From NCBI RefSeq assembly GCF_000009705.1, contig NC_003272.1, forward strand, positions 60,001-92,000: a stretch of 32,000 nucleotides of DNA, given 5' to 3'. The position numbers and the translations under genes are program-made. Source of the stretch: Nostoc sp. PCC 7120 = FACHB-418 (lineage in GTDB: Bacteria > Cyanobacteriota > Cyanobacteriia > Cyanobacteriales > Nostocaceae). Below the pieces are notes generated by a model, which worked only from the letters and a program-made list of their open reading frames with translations, searched no databases and had not been told where the DNA came from. Below, piece after piece: positions 17,552 through 26,230 of the stretch; the first letter of the stretch is position 1; every line of letters begins with the position of its first letter.

Positions 17552-17745
17552 CCGGAAAAGGCAAGGGGAAAGGGAGCAGGGAGGCTCACAAGTATAGGTT
17601 TTTAAAAAATTACCAAATCTAGAGGCTAGATTTACATAATTAGCAACTGGGGTTAATAGCCTCCTCAGTAATTTTCCGCATCATAAAACCTGTATTGCTT
17701 CTGTAACCAAAAATAAAGGCAAAAATACTTAAATAAATAAGTATC

Positions 17746-17960
17746 TATAGGACTCATACTTGATTTTTGAAATACACGTAGGGGAGCCACTGCGTTGGTG
17801 AAGCAGTACGGTCTTGGGGTTTCCCCAAGTGGAGTAACTGCTGAAAGGGTTTCCCGGCTTGGAGCAAGTGGCGTTGGGCATTGCCCACCGGCTCATGTGG
17901 TGGGCAATGCCCACCCTACAGATACTGAGAATTTTTTAGAAATCAAATCGGATTCCTATA
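17746..17960. mobile_element. MITE-like non-autonomous element, copy 1 (about 215 bp)
   Basis: The first 53 nt differ at only 3 positions from the start of the element at 25353. The ends also match (caagtggcgtt..ggcaatgcccaccctacagatact.aga..ttttt...tcaaat.g.attc.tata). Imperfect terminal inverted repeats run tataggaNtc...ttgattt. The GC-rich core contains a perfect 14 bp inverted repeat, gggcattgcccacc/ggtgggcaatgccc. The 61 aa ORF 17729-17914 inside it is an artefact. Confidence 0.7.
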
Positions 17961-18170
17961 TCTGCTAGATCAATCAATTAAATGCGTAATATTTTACTCC
18001 GAAAAAAATACTATAATCACGTTTTTTTACTGAAAATACATCAATTTTTTATATTCAAATAAGTGTACTTACGTATACTGTATATAGCGCTGCAAAAAAC
18101 ATTAAGAACTTTAGGTGCATTTGGCTCAAGCATTAATTGATTCCTTTTATTTCATGTCATTTAAAGAAAT

Positions 18171-19187
18171 ATGATCATAAAATTCACCGTGGTGATATGC
18201 ACTTATAACGGTGCAAAAAGACTGCCTAAAGTACTCGATGAACTGCAAAATCAAATAGATACAGAAGCGATTAGCTGGGAAATACTTGTAGTTGATAACA
18301 ACAGTACGGACAGCACCAAACAAGTAGTTCAGCAGTATCAAAATACTTGCTTTAAACCAGGGCAATTGCGATATAGTTTTGAGCCAGAACAAGGATTGGC
18401 GATCGCTCGTCAACACGCTGTTACAGCAGCTAGAGGAGAGTTGATTGGCTTTTTAGATGACGACAATATTCCCTCTCTTACATGGGTTGCTAGTGCCTAT
18501 TTATTTGCTCAAAATCATCCTTGTGCAGGTGCTTATGGTAGCCGTATTCAGGGTGAATTTGAAGTTCCTCCTCCAGATGATTTCAAACGCATAGCGGCAC
18601 TACTGGCATTAACAGAGCGAGGCTCGAAAAAGCTTCTCTATGAGCCGAAAAAAAAGGTACTTCCCCCTGGAGCCGGGTTAGTGGTGCGAAAACAAGCTTG
18701 GTTAGAAAATGTGCCAAAAAGATGTTTTCTCCAAGGTCGAGTTTGTGAACCCTATTTACCAGGGGAAGATTTAGAAGCACTGTTACACATTCAACAAGCC
18801 GGATGGGACATTTGGTATAACCCAGAAATGCAAATAACTCACCAAATCCCTCACTGGCGGTTAAAAAAAGATTATCTTGTTGATTTATGCCGTGGTATTG
18901 GGTTGAGCCGTTATCACACGCGGATGTTGAGTGTTAAACCTTGGCAAGCTCCTGTTTTATTTTGGTTATATATTTTTAACGACGTACGTAAACTTATTCT
19001 GCACTTATACAAATATCGCGGTAGGGTCAAAAGCGATTTGATTGCAGCCTGTGAACTGGAACTATTTATTGGTAGCTTGCTGAGTCCTCCCTATATTTGG
19101 AAAGCATACATCAAGAAATATTTTCGTAAACAACGGCCAGTATCCTTTTCTTCTTCGGTCAGATGTGCTGATTACACGCAAAATTAA
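18171..19187 (+). CDS. Family 2 glycosyltransferase (GT-A fold)
   Basis: The N-terminal FTVVICTYNGAKRLPKVLDEL.NQ, VVDNNSTD, and DDDN (a DXD-type motif in GFLDDDNIP) are typical of GT2. The C-terminal third is hydrophobic/basic. Confidence 0.85.
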   Translation: MIIKFTVVICTYNGAKRLPKVLDELQNQIDTEAISWEILVVDNNSTDSTKQVVQQYQNTCFKPGQLRYSFEPEQGLAIARQHAVTAARGELIGFLDDDNIPSLTWVASAYLFAQNHPCAGAYGSRIQGEFEVPPPDDFKRIAALLALTERGSKKLLYEPKKKVLPPGAGLVVRKQAWLENVPKRCFLQGRVCEPYLPGEDLEALLHIQQAGWDIWYNPEMQITHQIPHWRLKKDYLVDLCRGIGLSRYHTRMLSVKPWQAPVLFWLYIFNDVRKLILHLYKYRGRVKSDLIAACELELFIGSLLSPPYIWKAYIKKYFRKQRPVSFSSSVRCADYTQN

Positions 19188-19188
19188 T

Positions 19189-19233
19189 TTAACCTGAGTC
19201 TCCAACTTCGCTTCCGTTGGAGACTCAGGTTAA
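19189..19233 (+). terminator. Perfect 18 bp-stem hairpin immediately after the GT2 stop codon (terminator or RNA-stability/processing element; no U-tract)
   Basis: ttaacctgagtctccaac-ttcgcttcc-gttggagactcaggttaa. It starts 2 nt after the TAA stop at 19185-19187 and is followed by ttcaccc rather than a T run. Confidence 0.6.
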
Positions 19234-19338
19234 TTCACCCGACGCAATAGGCGATCGCGTAACTGCCCCCTACACCCTCCAATAGTTGCTTACACTCACT
19301 AAATAAGGCAAAATTGATAACACTAATTGGTTGCCAAT

Positions 19339-20814
19339 ATGCGTGTTCCAATAGTTGTGATTTTGGTGGTGGGGCTGTTAGTGAATCTGGAACATCAGCA
19401 AGTACTGGCTGATGTTCCAGTCGGAACGAAAGATTTGTCTGACGGAAAGGTTATCGATGGATACGCCCAATATGGTGATTATGTAGGTGTTCCGGAAACG
19501 GGTGGATTTTCCCAAACAATTGTTCAGGATATCCAAATTCGGTTTATCGACGACAATAATCAGTCTCTGGATGATCAGGGAAAACCGATTATAGGACGTA
19601 CCCAAAAAGATTTTATTTTGGGTCTGTTAAAACTCAAGCCTGGTCAAATATTCCGTGAAGAAGCTCTACAGGCAGATTTAGGAAGATTGCAGAAACTAGA
19701 ATCATTCACTTATGTTAGGGCTTACCGAGAAGAAAATCCCTTTGGGGTAAGAATTATTTATGATGTTAAAGAGCGCCGCTTTCCTAGTTGGAATTATGGT
19801 ATAGGCAATAACGATGATATTGGCTTGTCTGGTCGAGTAAGTTACAAGGATGCCAATATTAGCGGTTTAAATGACCAACTGGCAACAACCGTGCAAGTTA
19901 GCACTAAAGATGTCCAATTTAATAGCCGATTTACGAGTCCTTATCGTCTAGGGCAACCAGAACGCTTGGGTTATAGTGTAACAGCTTTCCGCGATCGCCA
20001 AATATCCCGTACCTTTGATGATGAGATAAAACTAGCCAATGGTAACAGAACCAGAGAAGGTAGATTTGGTGGTTCTGTGGCTGTACTCCGTTCTTTTGAT
20101 GAGTGGGATGCGGCGTTAGGTCTTAACTACACCAGGATTAGTCTTCGTGATAAAGATTACAACGTTGTTCGGGCTGATGGCTTAGGTAATCCGCTTTCGG
20201 TGAGTGGTAAGGGTATTGATGATCTATTTACATTATCCTTGGCTGTAACCAGAGATTTACGAGATCATCGCCTCAATCCTACTCAAGGTTCAATTCTCAC
20301 CCTTAGCACCGAACAAGCAATCCCCTTGGGACTAGGGAATATTTTTAGTAACCGTTTCCAAGGAAACTATATTCAATATCTACCAGTCACCTGGATAGGA
20401 AATCAGAATCTGACAGATAATCCGGAGATGGTGGCTGTAAATTTGCAACTTGGCACAATTTTTGGAGAATTTCCCCCGGCTGATGCGTTTAATCTAGGCG
20501 GGTTAAATTCGGTACGCGGTTATGGTTCAGGAAAACTCGCCAGTGGTCGCAGTTATGGTTTAGCTTCTGTGGAATATCGTTTTCCCATTGTGGAGTCAAT
20601 TGGCGGAGTTGTATTTACTGATTTCGCCTCAGATTTTGGTTCTGGTAAAACGGTCATCGGGGAACCAGGTGTAGTCAGAAACAAACCCGGAAGCGGCTTT
20701 GGCTACGGTTTAGGAGTCCGCTTAAACTCTCCTTTTGGCTTATTTCGTGGTGACTTGGGAGTTAGTGACCAAGGAGAAGTCAGATTTGAAATTACAACTG
20801 GGCAAAGATTTTAA
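19339..20814 (+). CDS. Short Omp85/BamA-family outer-membrane beta-barrel protein with a single recognisable POTRA domain
   Basis: N-terminal signal peptide (MRVPIVVILVVGLLV...VLA). One POTRA-like segment (IQIRF......GRTQKDFILGLLKLKPGQIFREEALQADLGRLQKL). A beta-barrel with alternating hydrophobic pattern, the VRGYG loop-6 motif and a terminal Phe (TTGQRF). The track starts at TTG 19327; ATG 19339 is preferred. Confidence 0.88.
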   Translation: MRVPIVVILVVGLLVNLEHQQVLADVPVGTKDLSDGKVIDGYAQYGDYVGVPETGGFSQTIVQDIQIRFIDDNNQSLDDQGKPIIGRTQKDFILGLLKLKPGQIFREEALQADLGRLQKLESFTYVRAYREENPFGVRIIYDVKERRFPSWNYGIGNNDDIGLSGRVSYKDANISGLNDQLATTVQVSTKDVQFNSRFTSPYRLGQPERLGYSVTAFRDRQISRTFDDEIKLANGNRTREGRFGGSVAVLRSFDEWDAALGLNYTRISLRDKDYNVVRADGLGNPLSVSGKGIDDLFTLSLAVTRDLRDHRLNPTQGSILTLSTEQAIPLGLGNIFSNRFQGNYIQYLPVTWIGNQNLTDNPEMVAVNLQLGTIFGEFPPADAFNLGGLNSVRGYGSGKLASGRSYGLASVEYRFPIVESIGGVVFTDFASDFGSGKTVIGEPGVVRNKPGSGFGYGLGVRLNSPFGLFRGDLGVSDQGEVRFEITTGQRF

Positions 20815-20879
20815 GGCGTTGCTAATTGAGGAGATGATTTTAGGACTTACGCACTGAACCAAAAAACCCTTCTGAGGGT

Positions 20880-20971
20880 GGTCAATAGTCGGTTGTCAGT
20901 AGTCAATAGTCAATAGTCAAATTTCTTCCTCCTACCTCCCCAGTCCCCAGTCCCCAATCCCCAATCCCCAA
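20880..20971. repeat. STRR heptamer arrays (TAGTCAA-type, then CCCCAGT/CCCCAAT = STRR1-type)
   Basis: ggtcaat agtcggt tgtcagt agtcaat agtcaat agtcaaa, then ctcccca gtcccca gtcccca atcccca atcccca. The array ends 2 nt before the ATG of the ABC permease. Confidence 0.85.
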
Positions 20972-20973
20972 CG

Positions 20974-21747
20974 ATGAAATATTGGCGTGAAACCATCGCA
21001 GTTACCAAACGTATTTTAATTGAACTGTTACGCCGTAGACGCAGTTTGATTTTTTGGAGTATCTTCCCGATTTCAGTACTGACTTTGAGTGGTTTTATAT
21101 TAGCAGAACGGGCGGAATTACCCCTAGCTGATGCTTTTTCCTATGCTGCACCTTCAACTTTAGTCGGTGCTGCACTGTTCTTTAGTTGCTTGGGCGGTAC
21201 TGTTTCTACTGTAGTGGCGGAAAGAGAACAACAAACCCTCAAACGTCTTTTTCTCTCTCCCTTAAGTGGTTTATCTTATTTTTTGGGAATTTTCCTGGCC
21301 CATAGTTGCATTGGTATTGGTCAGGCTTTATTAATTTATGCGATCGCTGCTTTTTGGGGCGCAACTTTTAAAGGTTCAATTTTATTAGGATTGACCATTA
21401 TTTTTCTAAGTATTGCTGCTTACGTTGGTTTGGGTTTTATTCTCGGTACACAATTAGCCAGGCGGATTGAAGATGTCAACTCTTTGGTAGCCGCCTTTGG
21501 CGTTCCTCTATTAATTCTGGGTGGAGCATTTTTACCGACTGCATTGTTTCCTCAAACCCTGATCAATATAGCTAAATATAATCCCATATATCACATGAAT
21601 GAAGCTTTAGTTTCTGTTTCTTCAAAAGGAGAAACAGTTGATAAAATAACTTCGCATATTGTTTTTTTATTAGCATTCGCTATAGTGATGACTATTGGTG
21701 GCTGGTTATCTTATCAACGAATGTTAGTTGTAGAAAAAAGATTGTAA
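20974..21747 (+). CDS. ABC-2 type transporter permease
   Basis: 257 aa with six hydrophobic segments. The N-terminal pattern (RILIELLRRRRSLIFW) is typical of ABC-2 exporters. It is immediately followed by the ATPase. Confidence 0.85.
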   Translation: MKYWRETIAVTKRILIELLRRRRSLIFWSIFPISVLTLSGFILAERAELPLADAFSYAAPSTLVGAALFFSCLGGTVSTVVAEREQQTLKRLFLSPLSGLSYFLGIFLAHSCIGIGQALLIYAIAAFWGATFKGSILLGLTIIFLSIAAYVGLGFILGTQLARRIEDVNSLVAAFGVPLLILGGAFLPTALFPQTLINIAKYNPIYHMNEALVSVSSKGETVDKITSHIVFLLAFAIVMTIGGWLSYQRMLVVEKRL

Positions 21748-21758
21748 TTGAGTGAAAA

Positions 21759-22652
21759 ATGTTAAATATTCATAATTTAAATAAATCCTATGGAGATCGT
21801 CATGTTCTTCAAGATTTGACTCTCAATATTATTAACGGTGAAGTTTACGGTTTACTAGGTGCAAATGGCTCTGGTAAAACCACAACAATTAACATTATTT
21901 GTAATTTACTCAAAGCTGATAGTGGTGATATTAAACTTAATAATCAGGTTATTTCTGAATCAACCAAAAAGTTAATTGGTGTTGCTCCTCAAGAAAATAT
22001 TTTATATAAAACTTTGACTTGCGAAGAAAATCTCCAATTCTTTGCAGAAATTTATGGCTTAAGTAAAGAAAATATTCAAAAACAAATTAAAGATATTTTA
22101 GCTGCTGTCAACTTATCAGATAGAGCAAAAAGTCCGGTAGAAACTTTAAGTGGTGGGATGCAACGGCGATTAAATATTGCTGTAGCATTAGTACATCAGC
22201 CGAAACTGGTAATTCTTGATGAACCAACTACAGGTTTAGATATCGAAGCACGTTACGAAATTTGGGAATTAATTCGACAACTGAAAGCTCAGGGAATTAC
22301 AGTTTTACTCACTACTCATTTATTAGATGAAGCAGAACGCTTATGTGAAAAAATTGGCATCCTTAAAAACGGACAGATTTTAGTGGAGGGTAGTTTAGCT
22401 GAGTTACGTAATTTAATTCCAGCACAAGAAATATTATCATTGAAAACTACACAAGAAAAAGAGGCGATCGCTCGCGCTAAAATGTACGGTTTCACCCATA
22501 GACACTATGATAAAGAACTAGCTTTTTGGCTACATGAATCTTTGGAGTTAAAAGAAATAATTTCTCGTTTTGAAGGCATAAATATTGATGCAATTTCTCG
22601 CCAGCCAGTACGACTAGAACATATTTATTTAGAAGTAACCCAACAAATTTAA
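21759..22652 (+). CDS. ABC transporter ATP-binding protein
   Basis: Walker A GANGSGKTT, Q-loop, signature LSGGMQRRL, Walker B LVILDEPT, H-loop TTHLL. Confidence 0.93.
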   Translation: MLNIHNLNKSYGDRHVLQDLTLNIINGEVYGLLGANGSGKTTTINIICNLLKADSGDIKLNNQVISESTKKLIGVAPQENILYKTLTCEENLQFFAEIYGLSKENIQKQIKDILAAVNLSDRAKSPVETLSGGMQRRLNIAVALVHQPKLVILDEPTTGLDIEARYEIWELIRQLKAQGITVLLTTHLLDEAERLCEKIGILKNGQILVEGSLAELRNLIPAQEILSLKTTQEKEAIARAKMYGFTHRHYDKELAFWLHESLELKEIISRFEGINIDAISRQPVRLEHIYLEVTQQI

Positions 22653-22724
22653 AATCTCCGAAAACACATTTCCCGCTTTCGTATAGATTGATGTAATAAA
22701 CAATAAATATAAATAAACACATCT

Positions 22725-23282
22725 ATGAATAAGCGCCCATCCCTAGAATGGATAATTATAATTTTTATACTCTCAATCAGTAGTATTGCCTATCTCAGCA
22801 ATGAATTTATTTTCAAAAATGCTGCAAAAAAGCAATTAGAGGTAGCCCAAACAAACTGGCTTAAACAGGGAATATCACATTATAGAATTACTATTAATTA
22901 TTCGTCTCCGAATAAATGTCAGCAAGAAGTGGAGATTAAAAATGAAGCAGTAGTTACTATCAAGAAAAATACTTGCACAAATATACCTCCATTAACTATT
23001 ACGGAGATGTTCAAGGAAATTGAACTTCTTGCAACAGGAAAAGAATGCGGGCCAAATGGATGTGCTTGTGATGGAACTATAGGAGTAGATGCTACTTATG
23101 ATGCTCAATTTGGATACCCGCGTCGAGTTGCAATTAAATTACAACCGGAAAAACGTTGGTTACACTTCAATTCTTTGAGTGATATATATCCTGGAAGAAA
23201 CTGCACATTAGTTGGCTATCTCAACAGAAGAATTATTGTTCGTGATTTTACCCCTCTTGACAATAAAACATTTAAGCAATGA
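22725..23282 (+). CDS. Hypothetical membrane-anchored, Cys-rich exported protein (185 aa)
   Basis: N-terminal anchor LEWIIIIFILSISSIAYL and six Cys in the soluble part, including CGPNGCACDG. No family assigned with confidence. Confidence 0.6.
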   Translation: MNKRPSLEWIIIIFILSISSIAYLSNEFIFKNAAKKQLEVAQTNWLKQGISHYRITINYSSPNKCQQEVEIKNEAVVTIKKNTCTNIPPLTITEMFKEIELLATGKECGPNGCACDGTIGVDATYDAQFGYPRRVAIKLQPEKRWLHFNSLSDIYPGRNCTLVGYLNRRIIVRDFTPLDNKTFKQ

Positions 23283-23289
23283 GAAAATA

Positions 23290-24525
23290 ATGCCAAATCT
23301 GCTCCCCCCTATCCAAGAAGCCTTCTCCGTTCTGGGGTTACTTTTGAGTTTTATTGGCCTTTTCTTGAGCATCTGGATTATAATTCCAGCACCCATTTAC
23401 CTTTTACTACCTTTAGGGGTGGGAGCGCCAGAAGTCTGTCATTGGCTACTATTGTTAAATACTACGGCTTTTGCCCTCTCGTTTTTTAGATTGCGTGGTA
23501 ACTTACTGCAATACGTTACTTTAAGTATTAGTATAGTTGGAATTATTCTCAGTATAACGCCACTGCTGCAAATACCAACTACGCAACAGCAGATGCAGTC
23601 AGCAATGGAGAAACAATTAGGTAAAGACTACCTCAAACCAATTCTAGAACAAAAACATTTTGGGCGATCGCCTATCTTGGGGCTTAGGCGATCGCATCCT
23701 TTTAATGTGATAGATGCGTTTAAAGGTATTCACATAGATGATGTACGTTACACACCTAACATTGAATTTGCATCACCCGATGGAATATCGCTGCGCCTCA
23801 ACATCTACCGTCCTCAGCAAGTTGGCAAATACCCCGGAATCGTCGTCATTCACGGCGGAGGTTGGCAAAGTGGGAGTCCAGAAAGTAACGCCGATTTCAG
23901 TCGATATATGGCCGCTAGAGGTTATACAGTCTTTGCTATTACTTACCGCTATGCACCCGCGTACAAATTTCCCGCTCAACTTGATGATGTCCGCAGCGCC
24001 TTAACTTTTATCCAGCAACACGCCACCGAGTATGAAACCGACATTAGCCGTATCGCCTTACTTGGACGTTCCGCCGGCGGACAGTTAGCAATGTTAACTG
24101 CTTATCAGCAAAATACTTTACCCATTCGTGCAGTCATTAGTTATTATGCTCCATCCAACCTAGCAAAAGGTTATCGAGAACCACCTACACCAGACCCCTT
24201 AAATGTACGATCAGTACTTGAAGCTTTTTTAGGTGGTACACCAGATCAAGTCCCAGAGCAATATACTAAAGCTTCCCCAATTAATTACGTTAACCGTCCA
24301 CTCCCACCGACTTTGTTAATTCATGGTGGTCGTGACCATATCATCCGGATCATTTTCCCCAGAATTTTGTTTCAGTCTTTGCAAAATGGTGGTAATCAAG
24401 CGATTTTATTAGAAATTCCTTGGGCGGAACACGCTTTTGACTATATCTTCAATGGAGCAAGTAATCAGTTAGCCCTGTACCACACTGAGCGTTTTTTAGC
24501 GTGGGCATTGCAAGAAAAAGTATGA
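23290..24525 (+). CDS. Alpha/beta hydrolase (HGGG-type esterase/lipase) fused to an N-terminal multi-TM domain
   Basis: Oxyanion motif VIHGGGW and nucleophile elbow GRSAGG, with later HGGRDH and WAEHAF segments. The first 130 aa or so contain about 4 hydrophobic helices. The track start 23212 would overlap the upstream gene by 71 nt; the in-frame ATG at 23290 leaves a 7 nt gap. Confidence 0.82.
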   Translation: MPNLLPPIQEAFSVLGLLLSFIGLFLSIWIIIPAPIYLLLPLGVGAPEVCHWLLLLNTTAFALSFFRLRGNLLQYVTLSISIVGIILSITPLLQIPTTQQQMQSAMEKQLGKDYLKPILEQKHFGRSPILGLRRSHPFNVIDAFKGIHIDDVRYTPNIEFASPDGISLRLNIYRPQQVGKYPGIVVIHGGGWQSGSPESNADFSRYMAARGYTVFAITYRYAPAYKFPAQLDDVRSALTFIQQHATEYETDISRIALLGRSAGGQLAMLTAYQQNTLPIRAVISYYAPSNLAKGYREPPTPDPLNVRSVLEAFLGGTPDQVPEQYTKASPINYVNRPLPPTLLIHGGRDHIIRIIFPRILFQSLQNGGNQAILLEIPWAEHAFDYIFNGASNQLALYHTERFLAWALQEKV

Positions 24526-24907
24526 AGTTAATTGCTTACATCTGGTTTGTCTAAGTAGTAATGGGTAATAGCTAATTAGTCATTGGTTTTTAAAATTACC
24601 TACAATCAATTGCCAAATCCACAGCTATTATATGTGTTCAACTGGACACGATATTACTTGTAGATAGAACTGGAGAAAATTTTTATTTTCGCTTTTAGGA
24701 TTTCCCTCTGATTGACTGGCAGATGCCTTGCATGATTTTTGCAGTATCCATAATTTATTGAAGACTTTGTAATCATAACCAGCCTAATTGCTCAGTTGGT
24801 TGTTTAATCTATATATAAGTAATACTTGTAAATACCTGGTGGCATTAACTAATGAAATCAGGTGACATGAGCATTTATATCAAAATGGGCTATGAGGTAA
24901 TATTAAA

Positions 24908-25294
24908 ATGCCAAAATGGAAGGTAGTAACGGAATTTTCATTTAATAGCGCTCACTACATTAAAGATTACAATGGCCCTTGTGGGCGGATGCACGGACAT
25001 AATTATCAAGTCCGCATTGAAGCGATATCAACGCAACTACATTCTTCTCAATATTGTCCACACCCTGTAATGGTAGCTGATTTCCGCACCTTACGTTGGG
25101 CTAAACAAGATGTGACAAAAGGAGGGCTTGATCACGGTATTTTAAACGAAGTGATGCCTCCTGAGTATGAAACAACTGCTGAGATGATTGCTAAGTATAT
25201 CTATGATGAAACGAAGAAACGAGTACCACCAGATGTACAACTAAAAGTTAACGTTTCGGAAACACCTAATAGCTGGGTAGAATACGAAGACTAA
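24908..25294 (+). CDS. queD: 6-carboxy-5,6,7,8-tetrahydropterin synthase / 6-pyruvoyl-tetrahydropterin synthase family
   Basis: 128 aa. Zn-binding His pattern FNSAHY...GRMHGHNY, catalytic Cys in GPCG, and C-terminal ETPNSWVEY. There are no other queuosine genes nearby. Confidence 0.85.
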   Translation: MPKWKVVTEFSFNSAHYIKDYNGPCGRMHGHNYQVRIEAISTQLHSSQYCPHPVMVADFRTLRWAKQDVTKGGLDHGILNEVMPPEYETTAEMIAKYIYDETKKRVPPDVQLKVNVSETPNSWVEYED

Positions 25295-25310
25295 AATTTT
25301 ATTGTTAACG

Positions 25311-25350
25311 AGAGTGCATTATGAGTAATAATGCACTCTATTATTTATTT
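25311..25350 (+). terminator. Rho-independent terminator of queD
   Basis: agagtgcattat-gagta-ataatgcactct forms a 12 bp perfect stem, followed by the T-rich attatttattt. It starts 16 nt after the stop codon. Confidence 0.8.
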
Positions 25351-25352
25351 GC

Positions 25353-25574
25353 TATAGGATTCATACTTGATTTATGAAATATACGTAGGGGAGCCACTGC
25401 GTTGGACGGTGAGTGCAGCCACACGTTCGACTATGCCACCGAGTGGACTGCCTGCCGTAGCTTGCTTCTCCAGAGGAGTACCCGGCAGTCACGCAAGTGG
25501 CGTTAAGGGTTTTGGCAGGCAATGCCCACCCTACAGATACTTAGATTTTTCAATAGTCAAATGGTATTCATATA
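25353..25574. mobile_element. MITE-like non-autonomous element, copy 2 (about 222 bp)
   Basis: Same conserved ends as 17746-17960 but a different GC-rich core. It contains gtagcttgcttc, which is also seen at 30-41 of the window. It is inserted 2-3 nt after the queD terminator. The 72 aa ORF 25367-25585 inside it is an artefact. Confidence 0.7.
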
Positions 25575-25948
25575 GTTATTTTTAATAATAGATAATATCG
25601 CTAATTATGATAATATCTATTCAGATGTACAATCCAATATAAATGAATATCTAATTCACTCAAATTAACTTATTAACTATTAAATGATTTAACAAAATTT
25701 TATAATTAGTATTTTCTAGTCCCTCGTCCGTCAATTGTGAGTATTAATTACTAGACTAAAATATTGAGAGAAAATTAACTTATGTAAAGACTGATATATA
25801 GCGAGTCAATCCTTAAACTTAATCAAGTTATAAATCGCTATGTGAAGTTTTTAATAATACTTGTCTCAGCTTGTAGGTTAATGTCGTGATCTACTGCTGT
25901 AATTGTGTAATGTGAAAGTAACTAAGCTCATGATTAAATTGAGGTCTG

Positions 25949-26167
25949 ATGACTCCTAAAATTCTGCGTCAGCTTTGGTCTGTAGTTGAAAACTCGCAAA
26001 CGAAGACCCTCTTGCAGATGGACGATGCTAGCTTGGTGCAATGGTTGGTACACCAGACAACAACACAAGCGTTGTTAGAACCCAACGAAACCGATTTCTT
26101 GGTTGACTATATTCAATCTCGGCTAGCACTAATACGTGATCTTGCTTATGAGCGCCAATATTCATAG
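25949..26167 (+). CDS. Hypothetical small protein (72 aa)
   Basis: ATG start, balanced composition, GC normal for the window. No family recognised. It is convergent with ribD. Confidence 0.5.
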   Translation: MTPKILRQLWSVVENSQTKTLLQMDDASLVQWLVHQTTTQALLEPNETDFLVDYIQSRLALIRDLAYERQYS

Positions 26168-26230
26168 TCATAATTCCACGATAAATTAGTCCATAGTCAA
26201 TGGCGATCGCTATTGGCTATGAACTACCAT

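Noticed and set aside
20880-20971. Possible CRISPR array, suggested by the regular short repeats here and at 3421-3510, 16676-16747 and 28474-28519
   Set aside because: The units are 7-8 nt and directly tandem, with no spacers, and there are no cas genes. These are STRR-type heptamer arrays.
23212-23289. The upstream extension of the alpha/beta hydrolase ORF, which overlaps the preceding gene by 71 nt
   Set aside because: The extension has no hydrophobic signal-like character and simply mirrors the 3' end of the upstream gene. The in-frame ATG at 23290 begins directly with the first TM-rich segment and leaves a 7 nt gap.
24526-24907. A possible preQ1 riboswitch upstream of queD
   Set aside because: I could not find the compact preQ1-I or preQ1-II hairpin with an A-rich tail next to the start codon. 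An Rfam scan would be needed to exclude it formally.
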